NCBI GenBank assembly: GCA_964035545.1
Contig: OZ037772.1
Location: forward strand, 9,231,150 to 9,295,149
DNA: 64,000 nt
Source: Bugula neritina
Taxonomy: Eukaryota > Animalia > Bryozoa
Direction of reading: 5' to 3'
Both the position numbers and the translations under genes were made by a program. Positions 23,804 through 37,157 of this stretch are shown one piece after another. The notes below the pieces were generated by a model. The model was not told the DNA's origin. It did not search any database and was given only the letters and a program-made list of their open reading frames with translations. The stretch's first letter is position 1. Each line of letters begins with the position of its first letter.

Positions 23804-26498
23804 GATTGTCTATAGCGCAGGTTGGAATACTAAGTAGACAAGCTACCTGTGCAGAGATTCACTTGGACTATTATCTATATCTTTGTATATTCATCTGCAA
23901 TCTAGAATCTACAAAACATGCATATCTAAGTGAATTCTTGACAGTATTATCTGAACAAACGGAACAAATCGAATAACAGTTCACACACACACACCGAGAG
24001 ATAGTTTGTCACAGGGGAATTTAGGCAACTCAGAAGATTCAATAAAGTTTTATTGGCCAATTATTGACTGTAAACCTTTTCTAAAAATAACATTAACTAA
24101 ACACATTGTTCAAATGCGAGAGGCAAGTGCAGCAATGGAGAAAAGCCAGTGTCCTAGATCAGAAATGTAGCAAAAGAAGTAATATACCTGAGAAAGTTTT
24201 AACCAGCATTCCAAACCAAACTTAACAAAGGAAATTGAAGAACTTAGGCTATCAAATTTGTTCCACTAACACACTTGAATGTAAAGCAGAACACAATTTA
24301 GCTGAGAAATTGAAATCTATTTGATATCATTTATTATTTATTGCCAACAGAATCGATTAACCTTTGCCAAACAGTTTGCCCTTCCATGATGTACTATTTG
24401 TTTTCAGTATACTAATACTAATACTAATAAAAAATATTGGAAAAATTACTACAACTGCTATCAACTTCGACCCAATTGAAAATGATTTCTAAATGTAGCT
24501 CTATTTTATAATTTTTGTCAGACAGGGGAAAATTTTATGACAAATTAGCTTTTAGCAATCTGTGTGTTTGTGAATTGGTTATGATCCAAGTCACTAGATA
24601 TTTAACACTTTTATAGCAGTTTATATTCATGATGACTCACTATTGCATGTGAACATACAATTTAACTTTCCTTATTTTTTAAAACTTCATGGAACGTGAT
24701 TTTAAAACTACTATTGTTTAGCAAAGCAATGCTTCTTTTATAATTTCCAAGTGTTGGGCATGGTAAGATACAGTATTGAGATAATAATAAAAAGTCAATT
24801 CAAAATAAAAACTAGATAAAAACAACAATGGTTAAAAAATCAAATTTATGCCAGAATTCTACTTAATCCAGAACACCTCATGATTTAAGTGCATGTATTT
24901 TCAATTCAGTTACTACTCTGCATCAATCCATTATGCTTGAGGTGTCAATATTACAAAATTGCTAATCATAAAATTTGAATGTCTATAAAAACGTAAATAC
25001 ATATTGGCAATCATAACATTCATGTTCGAAAAATATTGGATGTAATAATCATTATGATTATGATTAGATTCAGCATATTTATAATCAATTTTAAATTTTC
25101 AAATTAAAAAATAATAGTGATGAACTCATGATGATAACGATCTGATAATCATAATTATAATTATAATAATGATCAACAGATTACCACTACTTAATCATAC
25201 CACAATCTTCATGTATTTAAAAATAATTATTACAATTATAGTAATTATATTTCATATAAGAATTCCTTATAATTAAATTTATTGCCATCACCTATACTTA
25301 TACTTATTATTACTTATAGATATACATTTAGTCATCTGACCACAAGTGCAAATGCAATTTTAACTTATAAGACTAAGAGTAAGGATAAGTTACTATGACT
25401 ATAAGAATCAGTATAAGTAAAACTATAAGTCTAATTTTATAACTATATTTATTTGGGTGTGACGATCACAATTACTTTAAATGAGTTTCAGTTTTAAATT
25501 GATTTTGAAATGCCGAAAGTGAATACCAGCTCAAGCTTCAAGTTATACAAGGATTGATGCAGATAGCCATGTTCATAATCATAATGATAATGACACTCTG
25601 ATTCATACTTAGTCTAAGTCAAAGTCTTAACAGTTAACAATAACTGTTAAAATTAAATTTAATCTAATAGCCAACTAGAATCATAACATTAATACTAACA
25701 GCAAAGTTAACCCTTGAAGTTAACACTATCATTAGGCCTAGGAGTACCATTAACACTAACGGCAAACCTTACACTTACACAAACAGTCACTCACACTGTG
25801 AAGCCCAATGCTGATGGGCGATGACAAATCGCCAAGCCCAATGTAATTATAAATTCAAATTGAAATTGCTATTCAATTTAATATTTATATTGTAAAGCAA
25901 AAACTAAAAGCAAACTTTAGAGTTTAGTTATTAATTTTTATATTAATATAACTTTATTACTTAGTAACAGCAGCATGAACAGTAACTTAGTCTTATACTA
26001 ATACTCATAGCAATGGTTATTAGGCTATTAAGTATTAACATATAATAGTATAATTGTATTAATGTATTATACCTAATAACTTATAGTTAATGTTATAATT
26101 AACTGTTAATGCTATAGTTATACCAGTATGAATAGTAAAACTAAACTAAAACTTTAACGCTCGACTAACAGTACGAATAAGTGTAACACTAACAGTAATT
26201 GTAAACAAACATTAATATTTAATAGTGATACTATTACTAATACTAAGAGTAATATTAATAGTAATACTAATGCTAATAATAATGAATAATTTATACTTAC
26301 ACTTATATTTATTGATAAGTTATAATTATAAATTATAGTAACAGTTAGAGTTAAACTTAATGTTATACTTATAGTTTAAGTTATACTAAAAGCAAAAGCA
26401 AAATCAAAATGTAAGAGTCAAAGTAATAGTAGTAATACTAATCATGTTCATTTATATAGTCACTATGGGAATGAACATGGTGATGATTATAAGTTATA

Positions 26499-26698
26499 GC
26501 AAGCTTTAAACTAAAACTAAAAGTAAATAACTAAAACTTACAAGTTGAAGTTTAAGTTACAAGACTTACAAGTGACACTTACATTTACAATCAGTATCAC
26601 AATGATAGTGATTGTGATTGTAAATGTAAGTGTCACTTGTAACTTGTAAGTCTTGCAACTTGCAAGTTTTAGTTATTTACTTTTAGTTTAAAGCTTGC
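26499..26698. repeat. Long imperfect inverted repeat (about 200-bp hairpin)
   Basis: Arms GCAAGCTTTAAACTAAAA...TTACAAGTGACACTTACATTTACAATCA and TGATTGTAAATGTAAGTGTCACTTGTAA...TTTTAGTTTAAAGCTTGC. Confidence 0.85.
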
Positions 26699-27137
26699 TT
26701 TAGCCTATACGAAATCAAACTCAAATACATTTAACTTTACACAATAAATATAATAATATTTATATTAATAACAATCACAATGGTCAATAACTACAACTAC
26801 AAGTATAACTCGAGTAATTATAAATCACAAATTGAAATACAATATGAATATGGTGTCTATGTTTGTAATAATGTATATTAACTTTAACTTTAAGGTGTAC
26901 ATGTATTAGTAAATGTTGATGTAGTCCAAGGTGTGGCACTGTAAAAAGTAGTCGTAGTGCTAATTATGTAGTAATAATAATATTATAGCCTATGTAAAAA
27001 GTGGAATATCATAAGACCTTGACCGGCTTTCGACTGCAGACAGTGATTTTTAGGATACTAATTTTGTGCGGGTCGTATAGCTATTTATCGACTTTTTCAT
27101 CAAGATTTGGCTAGCCTTTGGGTTCTCACTTGCGCAC

Positions 27138-27173
27138 CCCTTCATTTTGTCCTTTTCCCTTGTTTCCGTTAAT
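27138..27173 (+). promoter_or_regulatory. RPS5: RPS5 TCT/5'TOP pyrimidine tract and non-coding exon 1
   Basis: CCTTTTCCCTTGTTTCC followed by a GTAAGT donor at 27174; typical of ribosomal protein genes. Acceptor at 27928-27929 lies just before the ATG. Confidence 0.7.
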
Positions 27174-27718
27174 GTAAGTATGTGAATATTTTCCCTTCTT
27201 ATTTTAGGTTACCAATTCTTTAAAAATAAGCGTAGTTAACTGTGAAGCAGAGTTTAAAATTTTTGCTTGATGTTAAGAAGTAATAATTTAAAGTTTTGAT
27301 TTAAAAAAATTTTGTGATATTGCTTATTTTTTTAACTCGCTGGCTGTCGCTGTGACTTGGTAAAAATTCAGTAGCCGAATGCTGTGTACGCTACAGTGAC
27401 AGTCACAACGTGAGTGTTAGTAGGCTTCTAAAGTTGAAATGACGAATGGTAATTGAATGGTAGGAGTTACAAAAATTGTTACGCCAAGTATCAGTATGCG
27501 TTGAAGTTAAGTCAAACCTCAACTTGAACTTTTTTAACTTGAAACTTCTCGGCTTTATCATTATGATTATGGTTTTAATCATTGTTACTATAAATTATAT
27601 CAATGTATTGTCAATTTGTTAATATAAATATTGCTATGATTTTCTAATTTGCACCTAACTGAACTGTTGCTGTTTGAATTTCAATAATAATTTAATCAAG
27701 ATTCAGATTGTAACTTAA

Positions 27719-27846
27719 ATGCACTTTCATACACCTTGTAAGCTGTATTTGGTTTTCAAGGCTGCTAAATCAGTGCTAGAATAAAGTGTGGTGTTCTTGG
27801 TGACTTTCTTTCTATTGAATGTCGCCATTTCACCCCACATACATTT
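27719..27846 (+). ncRNA. Candidate box H/ACA snoRNA, copy 1 (RPS5 intron 1)
   Basis: Hairpin (GCACT...AGTGC), H box AGAATA 27778-27783, hairpin (GTGTGG...CCACAT), ACA 27841-27843; near-identical copy in intron 3. Confidence 0.75.
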
Positions 27847-27936
27847 CTGATCCCAAAAGTCACCTCACCCTTCGTGTAATAGTTTACCTCAACCCTGCCG
27901 AAAGATTTTTTTTATTGTCTTTATTCTAGGATAAAA

Positions 27937-29742
27937 ATGGGTGACGATTGGGGTGTCGACGTTGCTGAAGATGTGCAAGGATACATAGAACCTGTTCTAA
28001 ATGTGGTAGAAATACCTGAAGTAAAATTGTTTGGAAAATGGTCAACCGATGAGGTTCAAGTTGGTGACATCTCTCTTCAGGATTACATCGCCTGTAAGGT
28101 AAGATCAACTTTCTTCTCCTGGTGCTATCTATCATTACTCCCATTTATTTTTGAAAATTCAAACCTTTTGCTTTATAAGTTAAGACAGCCCGCTTATAGT
28201 TAACAATAAAAATAGTATCTACACTGTTTTTCGACATATTTATTTATATAATCTGGTTTCTAGCTGTGATTTGTCTAATATGTCTTGAAATTTTAAGCCT
28301 TGTTTCTTTCTTGGTAGCAAAAACCTGTAGTTGTGAACAAAAATAGTATCTAGAATATTTGCAAACCTATAGATTTGTATCATCTAATACTGTGGTGTGA
28401 TTGTGACAACTATATCCACTTCACCAGGACAAGTTCAGCAAGTACCTGCCCCACTCTGCCGGCAGGTTCTCTGTCAAGAGATTTAGAAAAGCTCAGTGCC
28501 CGATTGTGGAGAGACTCGCCTGCTCTTTGATGATGCACGGCCGTAACAACGGCAAGAAGCTGATGACCGTCAGAATTGTGAAGCATGCCTTTGAGATCAT
28601 CCACCTCCTTACTGGAGAGGTCAGTGGTTTGATCTCTTTTGTCCTACTGCTCTCAATGTTTGATTCACTGGTTTTCAACATAAGTATTATCCTACAGTTT
28701 CCCTGCACATAATAATTTAGTTCTCAAATGCAAATGAATTCAGTAGTATATGGGATTGCTGGGTGACAGAAAGCCTCTTTCTAAACGTTTGTCTGCTCTG
28801 TTCTCTGTAGAATATGTGAGCCTTTCTCAACTCCCGCCTTGGAGAATTTTTTCAAACAAGCTCCATTTCATTTACTAGAAACCTATTTCACAAGTTTGTA
28901 ATTGATGCACTTTCATACACCTTGTAAGCTGGATATGGTTTTCAAGGCTGCTAAATCAGTGCTAGAATAAAGTGTGGTTTTCTTGGTGACTGTTCATCAT
29001 GAGCTCTCGCCATTTCACCCCACATACACTGCCTGTGTTTGTCTCTGCTTGTTGAATCTGTGCTACCAAAAACTCCCATGACTTCGTTTTACTAGGCAAA
29101 CGCTCTAACCCCAATCTTTGCTACGAAAGTTAATGATACGTAGACATTATGATGTTTCGTATCCTATAGTATGTGGTCATAACTCCCTTCTGTAGAATCC
29201 CTTGCAAGTGCTGGTCAATGCCATCATCAACAGTGGGCCAAGAGAAGACTCCACTCGTATTGGTAGACAAGGTACGGTGAGAAGACAGGCTGTGGACGTC
29301 TCACCAATGAGACGCGTCAACCAGGCTCTGTGGCTCCTGTGCACTGGCGCCAGGGAGGCCTCCTTCAGGAACATCAAGACTATCGCTGAGTGTCTCGCTG
29401 ACGAGCTTATTAATGCTGCCAAGGTAAACGACCAGTCATATTCTGTCTAAATGTGTCCGACCCCCTTGGCCATATATGCTTGAGTTGTTGTGTTGGTAAT
29501 TTTTATGACTGCGTGTGGCTTGTTGCTGCTGTTGGCATTTGTCATGCTAAACAGAAATACTAAATATTTTCTTCCTGAAAGTTCCCTTTTTAAATTAATT
29601 TTTGGCCCGAATCATTACATTCTGTTTAATAAAAGTGCTTCCTTAGTCTGCAGAGTTGTGCTCTCTTTTTAAGGGTTCCTCCAACAGTTATGCTATCAAA
29701 AAGAAAGACGAGCTTGAAAGAGTTGCCAAGGGTAACAGATAA
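27937..29742 (+). CDS. RPS5: 40S ribosomal protein S5 (uS7), 216 aa
   Basis: Coding exons 27937-28098, 28428-28619, 29196-29423, 29674-29742. Motifs [72 protein letters not shown] at 29820. Confidence 0.98.
28905..29031 (+). ncRNA. Candidate box H/ACA snoRNA, copy 2 (RPS5 intron 3)
   Basis: Same architecture as copy 1, with ACA at 29026-29028; differences are concentrated in the apical parts of the hairpins. Confidence 0.75.
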
Positions 29743-30215
29743 ACACACAGACAAAGACGTTAGCTGTTCAATCGTGATTCTTTATTGTATCCTCACCATC
29801 TGACTTGTGTCCTGCAGCTAATAAATTATTGTAAATAAATGAGAATGGTCTAATATTATTACTCCCTCGGTGTCTAGTACTTGTATGAAATTTATGAAAC
29901 CGAAGTTGTCGAGTGCCTGGCTGTCTGCTGGTTAACCAGAGAAGATTGTATCCTCTGAATGCTGAACGTAGACAAATATCCTGTGTCGCCATTTCTCTTT
30001 CACATTGGCTGCTTGCAAAATTATGAAAGTATACAGAGTTTATTGTGTTCTGGGGAGGTAGCCTGCCTTACCTGTTGTTCAATGAGTTACTGCATTCATA
30101 TAGTGATATGTTTATTATGGGAGTTGTCACTTCATATCAAACATAATGTCTGCCTCACTAGAAAGGTCTAGTTGTAAATTAATCGCCACTGTTTCCTTAT
30201 TGTATATGTGTGCAT

Positions 30216-30260
<45 letters not shown>

Positions 30261-30507
30261 TAAACATAATATTTCGTTCTGTTCTATATTTATATTATCA
30301 GTAAAGTGTTACTGCTGCAGCCCTACACTAAATAGCCAATAGATGAGCATCTACAGTACCTTTGGTTACTAACCCCTATAAATCACTGTTGGGTCAATTA
30401 ATAACTTCATCTTGGACATAAGTTACTGCTAACAGCATTCATTATCACTTGAGCCGTTGCTGGCAATGATAGAAGTACCATCTGTAGGCGAAATAGAATA
30501 GCTGATA

Positions 30508-33500
30508 ATGGATATACCAATTTGTGTAGCAATAATTCTCTGCCTGATCACCTTGCTCTATGTGTAAGTAATTAACAACTCTCAAATCTGTAAAATGTAT
30601 TGCATAATTCAACAAACCGGCCATAATTACAGATATTTTTCTGAGACTAAAAGGAATTTTTAATTAATTTATAGTTACTTGTAATAACTATAAATGTAGC
30701 CACCTTAACATAAACTTGTTTAAACTAGCCTGTTATGCTATAGTTGTTACTTTCAAATGAGGGTGGTGATTAAAGTTTCAATCAGTGGATGAGTTGGTGT
30801 GCTTTTGATTTGATGACATTGCTTCACTTTATGTCTACAAGGGAAGAAAAGTGGGTGCTAACCTAACACTGCTCAGATTTGCTGTTACAGGTACGGTACT
30901 TGGACTCATGGCATATTCAGAAGACTTGGCATCCCTTACAGGACACCTGTGCTGCCCTGCCTTGGTACTCTACCTCAGCTCTTCTCTCAGGTTACTTCTA
31001 GAACCTTCTTCTCTTTGAGTCATACTCCATGCTGGCAGTTCCTAGCCGATGTTACTAATATTTTGGGACACAAATTTCGATTATCTTTTCAAATTTGAAA
31101 ATAACCTAAGCCAAGTGAAATTACTAAGTTATGGGCAGTAGTGGAGAAACCTAAGTTCTTCAGTTTTTTTTATAAATTCTTAACATTTGAGAACATTAAG
31201 CTTTTCATGCTACATTTTCTATCTCTAGAACACATGTTTTTCCCAACTTTTCCATTACTGCACATATTCCAAGTTTGGCCAACCAGTGTAAGTGGACCAT
31301 AAAAGTCTGTAATGATTTATATTTTTGTGCGTTTTGTGTAAAATGACACTTTAAAAACTATCTACCCTTGCTTCTTCGCATATGAGTAATTATGACGAAG
31401 CCTTGTTTCTTTGGCTGAATTTTTGTCTCCAGTTAAGTTTTGAAGGTTAAACATGCCAATAACCATATATCATAAGTACAAAATATTTAGTTCTTTGAAA
31501 AGTTTTTAAATCCAAGTGTACTCTTACTAGGTACAGGTGATTACAGCATGTTGTCTGCAAACCTTCCAATTTCCTGTTTCCTTGTATGATATGGTACATG
31601 CGTATTCAGTGGGTTTACTGCTATAATATAGTGATGATTGTTACTCAATCTTTTGTCTTAATAAACTATACGATAACATTTTGCAGTCTGTAGCAGAGTA
31701 TGACATGCAGCAGAAGACACTGTTTCCTGGAAAGATCAGTGGGTCAGTTGATCACTAATTGAAGTAGCCTAGGTTCTCTAATTTTTTGTGAACTTTCAGT
31801 TTGGGGCACAGGTTGAAATGTCCCAAGAACATAACTTTTTATGCTGCATTTGTAATCTAGAACACAGGCTTTTCTCAATAATTTTCCATCACTGCACCTA
31901 CCTCTAATTGCATGCGTACATTTTCAACATGATGGCCTGCGTGAGAGAGAGAGAGGTTTTTGGAAAAGCTATCTTTATTGCTTGATAGTTTAAATGTAGG
32001 TTGTGATAACACCATAATTATAATTCTATAGTCTAACATTGACCTAGTTCCACCATTTGATTGTCTGTTTTTAGAGCATTTCTAGGCCGATTACCAATTC
32101 TAGAAGTTTCCGACACAAACTTTGTGTATCACGTGACGACCAAAGAGTTTAATAAGTTTAGAAACAGGAGACACCTGTTACCTGGGGAGAAATTTGCCAA
32201 TAATATTTTCTTTATTGCTGACGATCACTGGAAACACGTACGACAGTCAATCACTCCTATTTTCTCCACTGGAAGACTCAAACAGGTGAATCAGGAGACT
32301 TAAGGTTGAAGCAGACATTCTTTAGCTAGTTTGTACCAAATTTAAATATAAGACAGTGTAGAGCAGCTGGTGTGTAATGCTTAGAGTGCTGCAGGCCTTG
32401 TATTAACAAGGGGCCTGTATTTTTAGTCTAAACACTAGAAAGAGCATCCATTCATAAATATTTATGAATAAGTCCTTAGCTTACTTTAAACAAACTCTTT
32501 TCATCAGAGGTTCTCACGAGAATATCTACCATAGACCCACATGAGTTTTTTTTCCAATATTAGAAGCTGTGATACAACCATTGCTGATAGGCCTGTTGTT
32601 AGAATCTCACCAGAGATTAACTACTTGCTAGATTAGGGTTTCTTTCCTAGCATACCACTTTGAAGCAAACTTTTGAAAATAAAAAGAAACCTTCCTTAAA
32701 ATCAATTAAGAAATCTAGATCTTGTAAATCTAAAAACAAACAACTAGATTGTGCTAAGAAAACTGCAATTTATCATCTTAGTTCCTAATCTTCAGCATTA
32801 TATTGACTAGCCATGTTTTACTAATCGTAAAAACAAAATAGTATGTTTCAACATTGGATGAATTTATTCATAAGCCATATAACTATTATTTATGCACTTT
32901 TCTATATGCAAAGCATATTACTTATTAACTATAAAATTAGTTCTCTTTTTCAATCTCAAAAATAACTTAAAACTGTTTTGTTTCAACACCAGTCAGTGTT
33001 TTGAATTGTTAACAAGTAAGACTAGACTGTATGCCATATAACAGCACATAATTATAATTCACAGTCCCTAATTAGTACCAATAAAAAACTCATTCAAGTC
33101 TATAGTCACTATCCCTGTGAGAAACTCCTGATGGAAAGGGTTTTTGTTAAAGCAGGCTAAGGACTTATTTAAATAAGGCACAGGAGCAATTATGGCTGAA
33201 TGCTCTTCCTAACATCACCATCACCCAAAGCTCTAAACCACAACTGTTCCTTTATAATTGATACCAATAACTTGCAGCTAAAATAAGCTTTGTACTTTAA
33301 ACACATCGCACTAATTTAAAACATTATGCTATTGATTACTCAGTAAAGTGAGAAATTTAATAACTGCAGATGTTTGAACTGATATCAGACTGTGCAGACA
33401 GACTGGTAGAACATGTGTCAAGGTCATTGACCGCTCCTTTGTCTATCAGAGAGTAAGTATTTCACTGCATAGCTTTTCTATTTGGATTTCTGTATCACAA

Positions 33501-36500
33501 GTTAATATATGTGGGTTTTCATGGCACACTGCAGCATTAATGGCCTCAGGAATATTTTACATTTTTTTCACTTTTGTGGAAAAAGTTTGAAGATGCTTCA
33601 TGTGACTTCTTGGAACATATTATGAGGACACCTGAAACATATCAGAATTTTATTTATTTGCCTCTCAGCTGCATGCATTTACTGTAAAACATTGAGATTT
33701 AGAAAAATTTACGAATCTATTAATTGTAATTGTTAGTAGTTGAAGCCAAAAGCAGGGGAAAAAAATCTAAAGCAAATAAATAACTGAATTCATATATATC
33801 ACTAATGGGTAAGAATTGTTCCACCCTACTGTATCCACACTTGGTCCTTACCTTGTTATGCTTTAGAAAAAACAGTTCTTTATAAGAATTAATTTGAATT
33901 TAAGGGGGTGGGGGGGTTGTCATCAACACAATCATACCTAAACCTCTCAAGCATAAATTATGTGAAGGCTCTTTATGCTATTGTATTCTTCAAATCCATC
34001 AGGAAGCATTTAGAAGTCAAAAATCATTTAGCTTAAATTCTTAAACATATTCTTAATTGTGGTATGGTAATAATTATAAAATACCAAACGCTTTTCATTA
34101 GTATCTTTCAACAATTCAGTCTTAGATATATATGTGCTTTCTTTCTAGGTTCACGTCTAGCTACACTGCTGATGTTGTCGCCATCACTGCCTTTGGCATC
34201 GACGTGGATGCTCAGAAGTGCAAGGACCATCCATTTCTAGGTCACGCAGAGTCCATGCTGGGGATTCCTAGATCTAAGGGGCTTATGTACAGTCTAAAGA
34301 GAGCTAAGAATGCCATGATTCTCTGTAGGTATTGACTGTAGTATATATATGGGTATTGACTGTAGTATATCTGTACTAACTCTGTAGTTATTATAACTGC
34401 AGCATCTATGTACTCTAGGAATGTGCTGTAGTATTCATGTAGCCATTGATGGAGTATAATGTGTACAAGTACCTACTGTAGTATCTCTATAGGCATTGAC
34501 TGTAGTATATTTGTAAGCTTTGACTGTAGCATCATGTAGTGATTGACTACAGGACCTGTATAGGTGTAGCATATACACAGATGTTGACTGTAGTATGAAG
34601 CCAGCTGAAATTATCATAAACTTTATATGACTGCATAGAATGACTTGATCAACAGTGAATAGTTTGATATAGCCTGCAGGCTTATGAAGTTTGAAAGCTG
34701 CTGCTAGCAATTATTGTAGTTTTGAACTAATGTGGCTGTTTGCTTTGTTTTATATTGCAATCTATATTACCAGGTTATGTAATTTACAACAAACTTTTTG
34801 TAATGAAAAGGTTAGTTTGATATATATCTGTTACAGTGCTTCTTTCAAATCCTATAAAGAGGCTGCTAAACCAACTGTTTGGTTGGTGTTTTTTGGATAC
34901 GGAAAGCTGTAATTACTTTGAAGATGTTATAACTAATGTGCTGGCAGAATTACAAGAAAATAAAGATAGCAATAATATGAAGGTACCAACTTAATATCGT
35001 AATTTTATTGAATTGTTTTAACCTAATCTATAAAGATAGTATAATATTAAACTTGTTTGAAATTATTTATAAGGAGCGAATGAAGAACAGTTACAATATT
35101 GTGCAATGTAATTAAGTTAGATATATTTTTAAGTTTTCCTAAACTAAATTTTTTTAGTTTTAAAAGTGTTATAAAAAGCTGGTGCAAACAAGAATTTTTT
35201 ATATAATGTGGTGCACCAATTTGTGAGAACAAAATTTATCATTAATAGTGAACTAAACACGAAATTTTTCACCCCAATGCTTGATTCATCTTCAAAGTGT
35301 ATTTTATATTGAACCTACATCAATTGTTCTCAAGTGAATGGAAGAATTGTTTATAGAACAAAAATGTGTTGAGCTAATATTATTTTTATCAAATGCAAGT
35401 CAAGTCATCATACTTATGTATAATTTTGAATTGTAGAATTTAATTTTTTATAATTTAAAGAAAGAATTTGAATTTTAAAAACACAATTGCATACAGCTGC
35501 TGATGAGTTGCAGAATCTGCAAGAAATACCTCAAAACTGTATTCTTATTGAGAGTTATGTTTCCTCAACTTTTTGTTGGCTTTCCTATGTAGTTGAATCA
35601 AAATTTTTTTAGAGAAATAGAAATTTCATCACAATGGTGTCAGACAAACTGGTCGATCTCAACAAAGTTGACCAAAGTACTATCCATGTCTCAGGTGAAG
35701 AGAAAATTACCTGGACTACTGCAGGTAAGTTGACGCGCCACTCACTTAGGGAGAACAACTCCTGTGAAAATGTTTAGCAATAGACTCTGTTACAAATTAG
35801 GCTGGCAATATGACTTGGAAGGGGGTCAGAGAAGACAGCAGTAGTTGTGGATTGAATCACAGGCTACTCTTATCCACATCACAGACGGTCTGACTGTATT
35901 GTGGCCTACAAGACTGACATGCGATTTGCAGAATAATTAATTTATCATGGCTGCTCTCTAAAGCATACCTTAATTTTATTTTCCCTGATGAATTGTCCAC
36001 TCAGTGCCACTTAAATTCATTTATAAAATTAAGACAAGCAAGGAATTTACTAGACTACCGAAACATATATAGTTTTTATCTGCGTGGTACATTGGTACTA
36101 ATCTAGAATATGTCTTTTAAGTTAAAAAAACATATATGCATTTTTGGAGTAATGCTCTTTCTTGAACACATCTTTACCATATAAACTCGGTGTTATAAAA
36201 TTAAAAGCTAATATTTTTTCCACTTAAGGTTTAACAAGAGATGATGTGTATGCTAATGCGGTAGTATTCATAGCTGCCGGGCTGGACACAACCTCTACAG
36301 CTTTACAGTTTGTTCTCTACATGCTGACTTTTCATGCAGATATTCAGGAGAAGGTAACTTTGAATCTCAATGTAATATCTAGTGTGTTGCTCTTTGTTGA
36401 GGTGCAGAAATGAGATTGTATTGATTTTATGGGCAGCTAAAATAGGCTTTCTGAAATAAAAATGTTTAATTTATCTGGAAGTTAAGGTACATTAGGAGTA

Positions 36501-37126
36501 ATGTGCTTTTGGTTTTAACACATGGCAGTTATTGCTTATTGGCTAGGTGAAATTTTTGTTGACCTATGAAAATAATGTTAGTGGTTTCTATTCAGATTTA
36601 CCAGTCTATAATAAATGTAGCAACAGATGGTAACTTCAGCTATGAGCAAATACAGCAACTAGACTATCTGGACAGATGTGTCAAGGAGACGCTTAGACTC
36701 TTCCCACCTGTGTTGAGGTGGGTTATTGTACTAGCAGCTGTGTTAAGGTGGGTTAATATAGTAGCAGCTGTGTTAAGGTGGGTCAATATAGTAGCAGCTG
36801 TGCTAAGGTGGGTTAATATAGTAGCAACTGTGCTAAGGTGGGTTAATATAGTAGCAGCTGTGCTAAGGTGGGTTAATATAGTAGCAGCTGTGCTAAGGTG
36901 GGTTAATATAGTAGCAGCTGTGCTAAGGTGGGTTAATATAGTAGCAGCTGTGCTAAGGTGGGTTAATATAGTAGCAGCTGTGCTAAGGTGGGTTAATATA
37001 CTAGAAGCTGTGCTAAGGTGAGTTAATATACTAGCAGCTGTGCTAAGGTGGGTTAATATAGTAGCAGCTGTGCTAAGGTGGGTTAATATAATAGCATCGC
37101 ATGTAAAATTAACTCAATGCCACACA

Positions 37127-37157
<31 letters not shown>

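Noticed and set aside
27781-27843. Specific rRNA target for the snoRNA 3' pocket (TTTCACC could pair with GGUGAAA in 18S or 28S)
   Set aside because: The other pocket strand did not fit the flanking sequences I recall; a computational search is needed.
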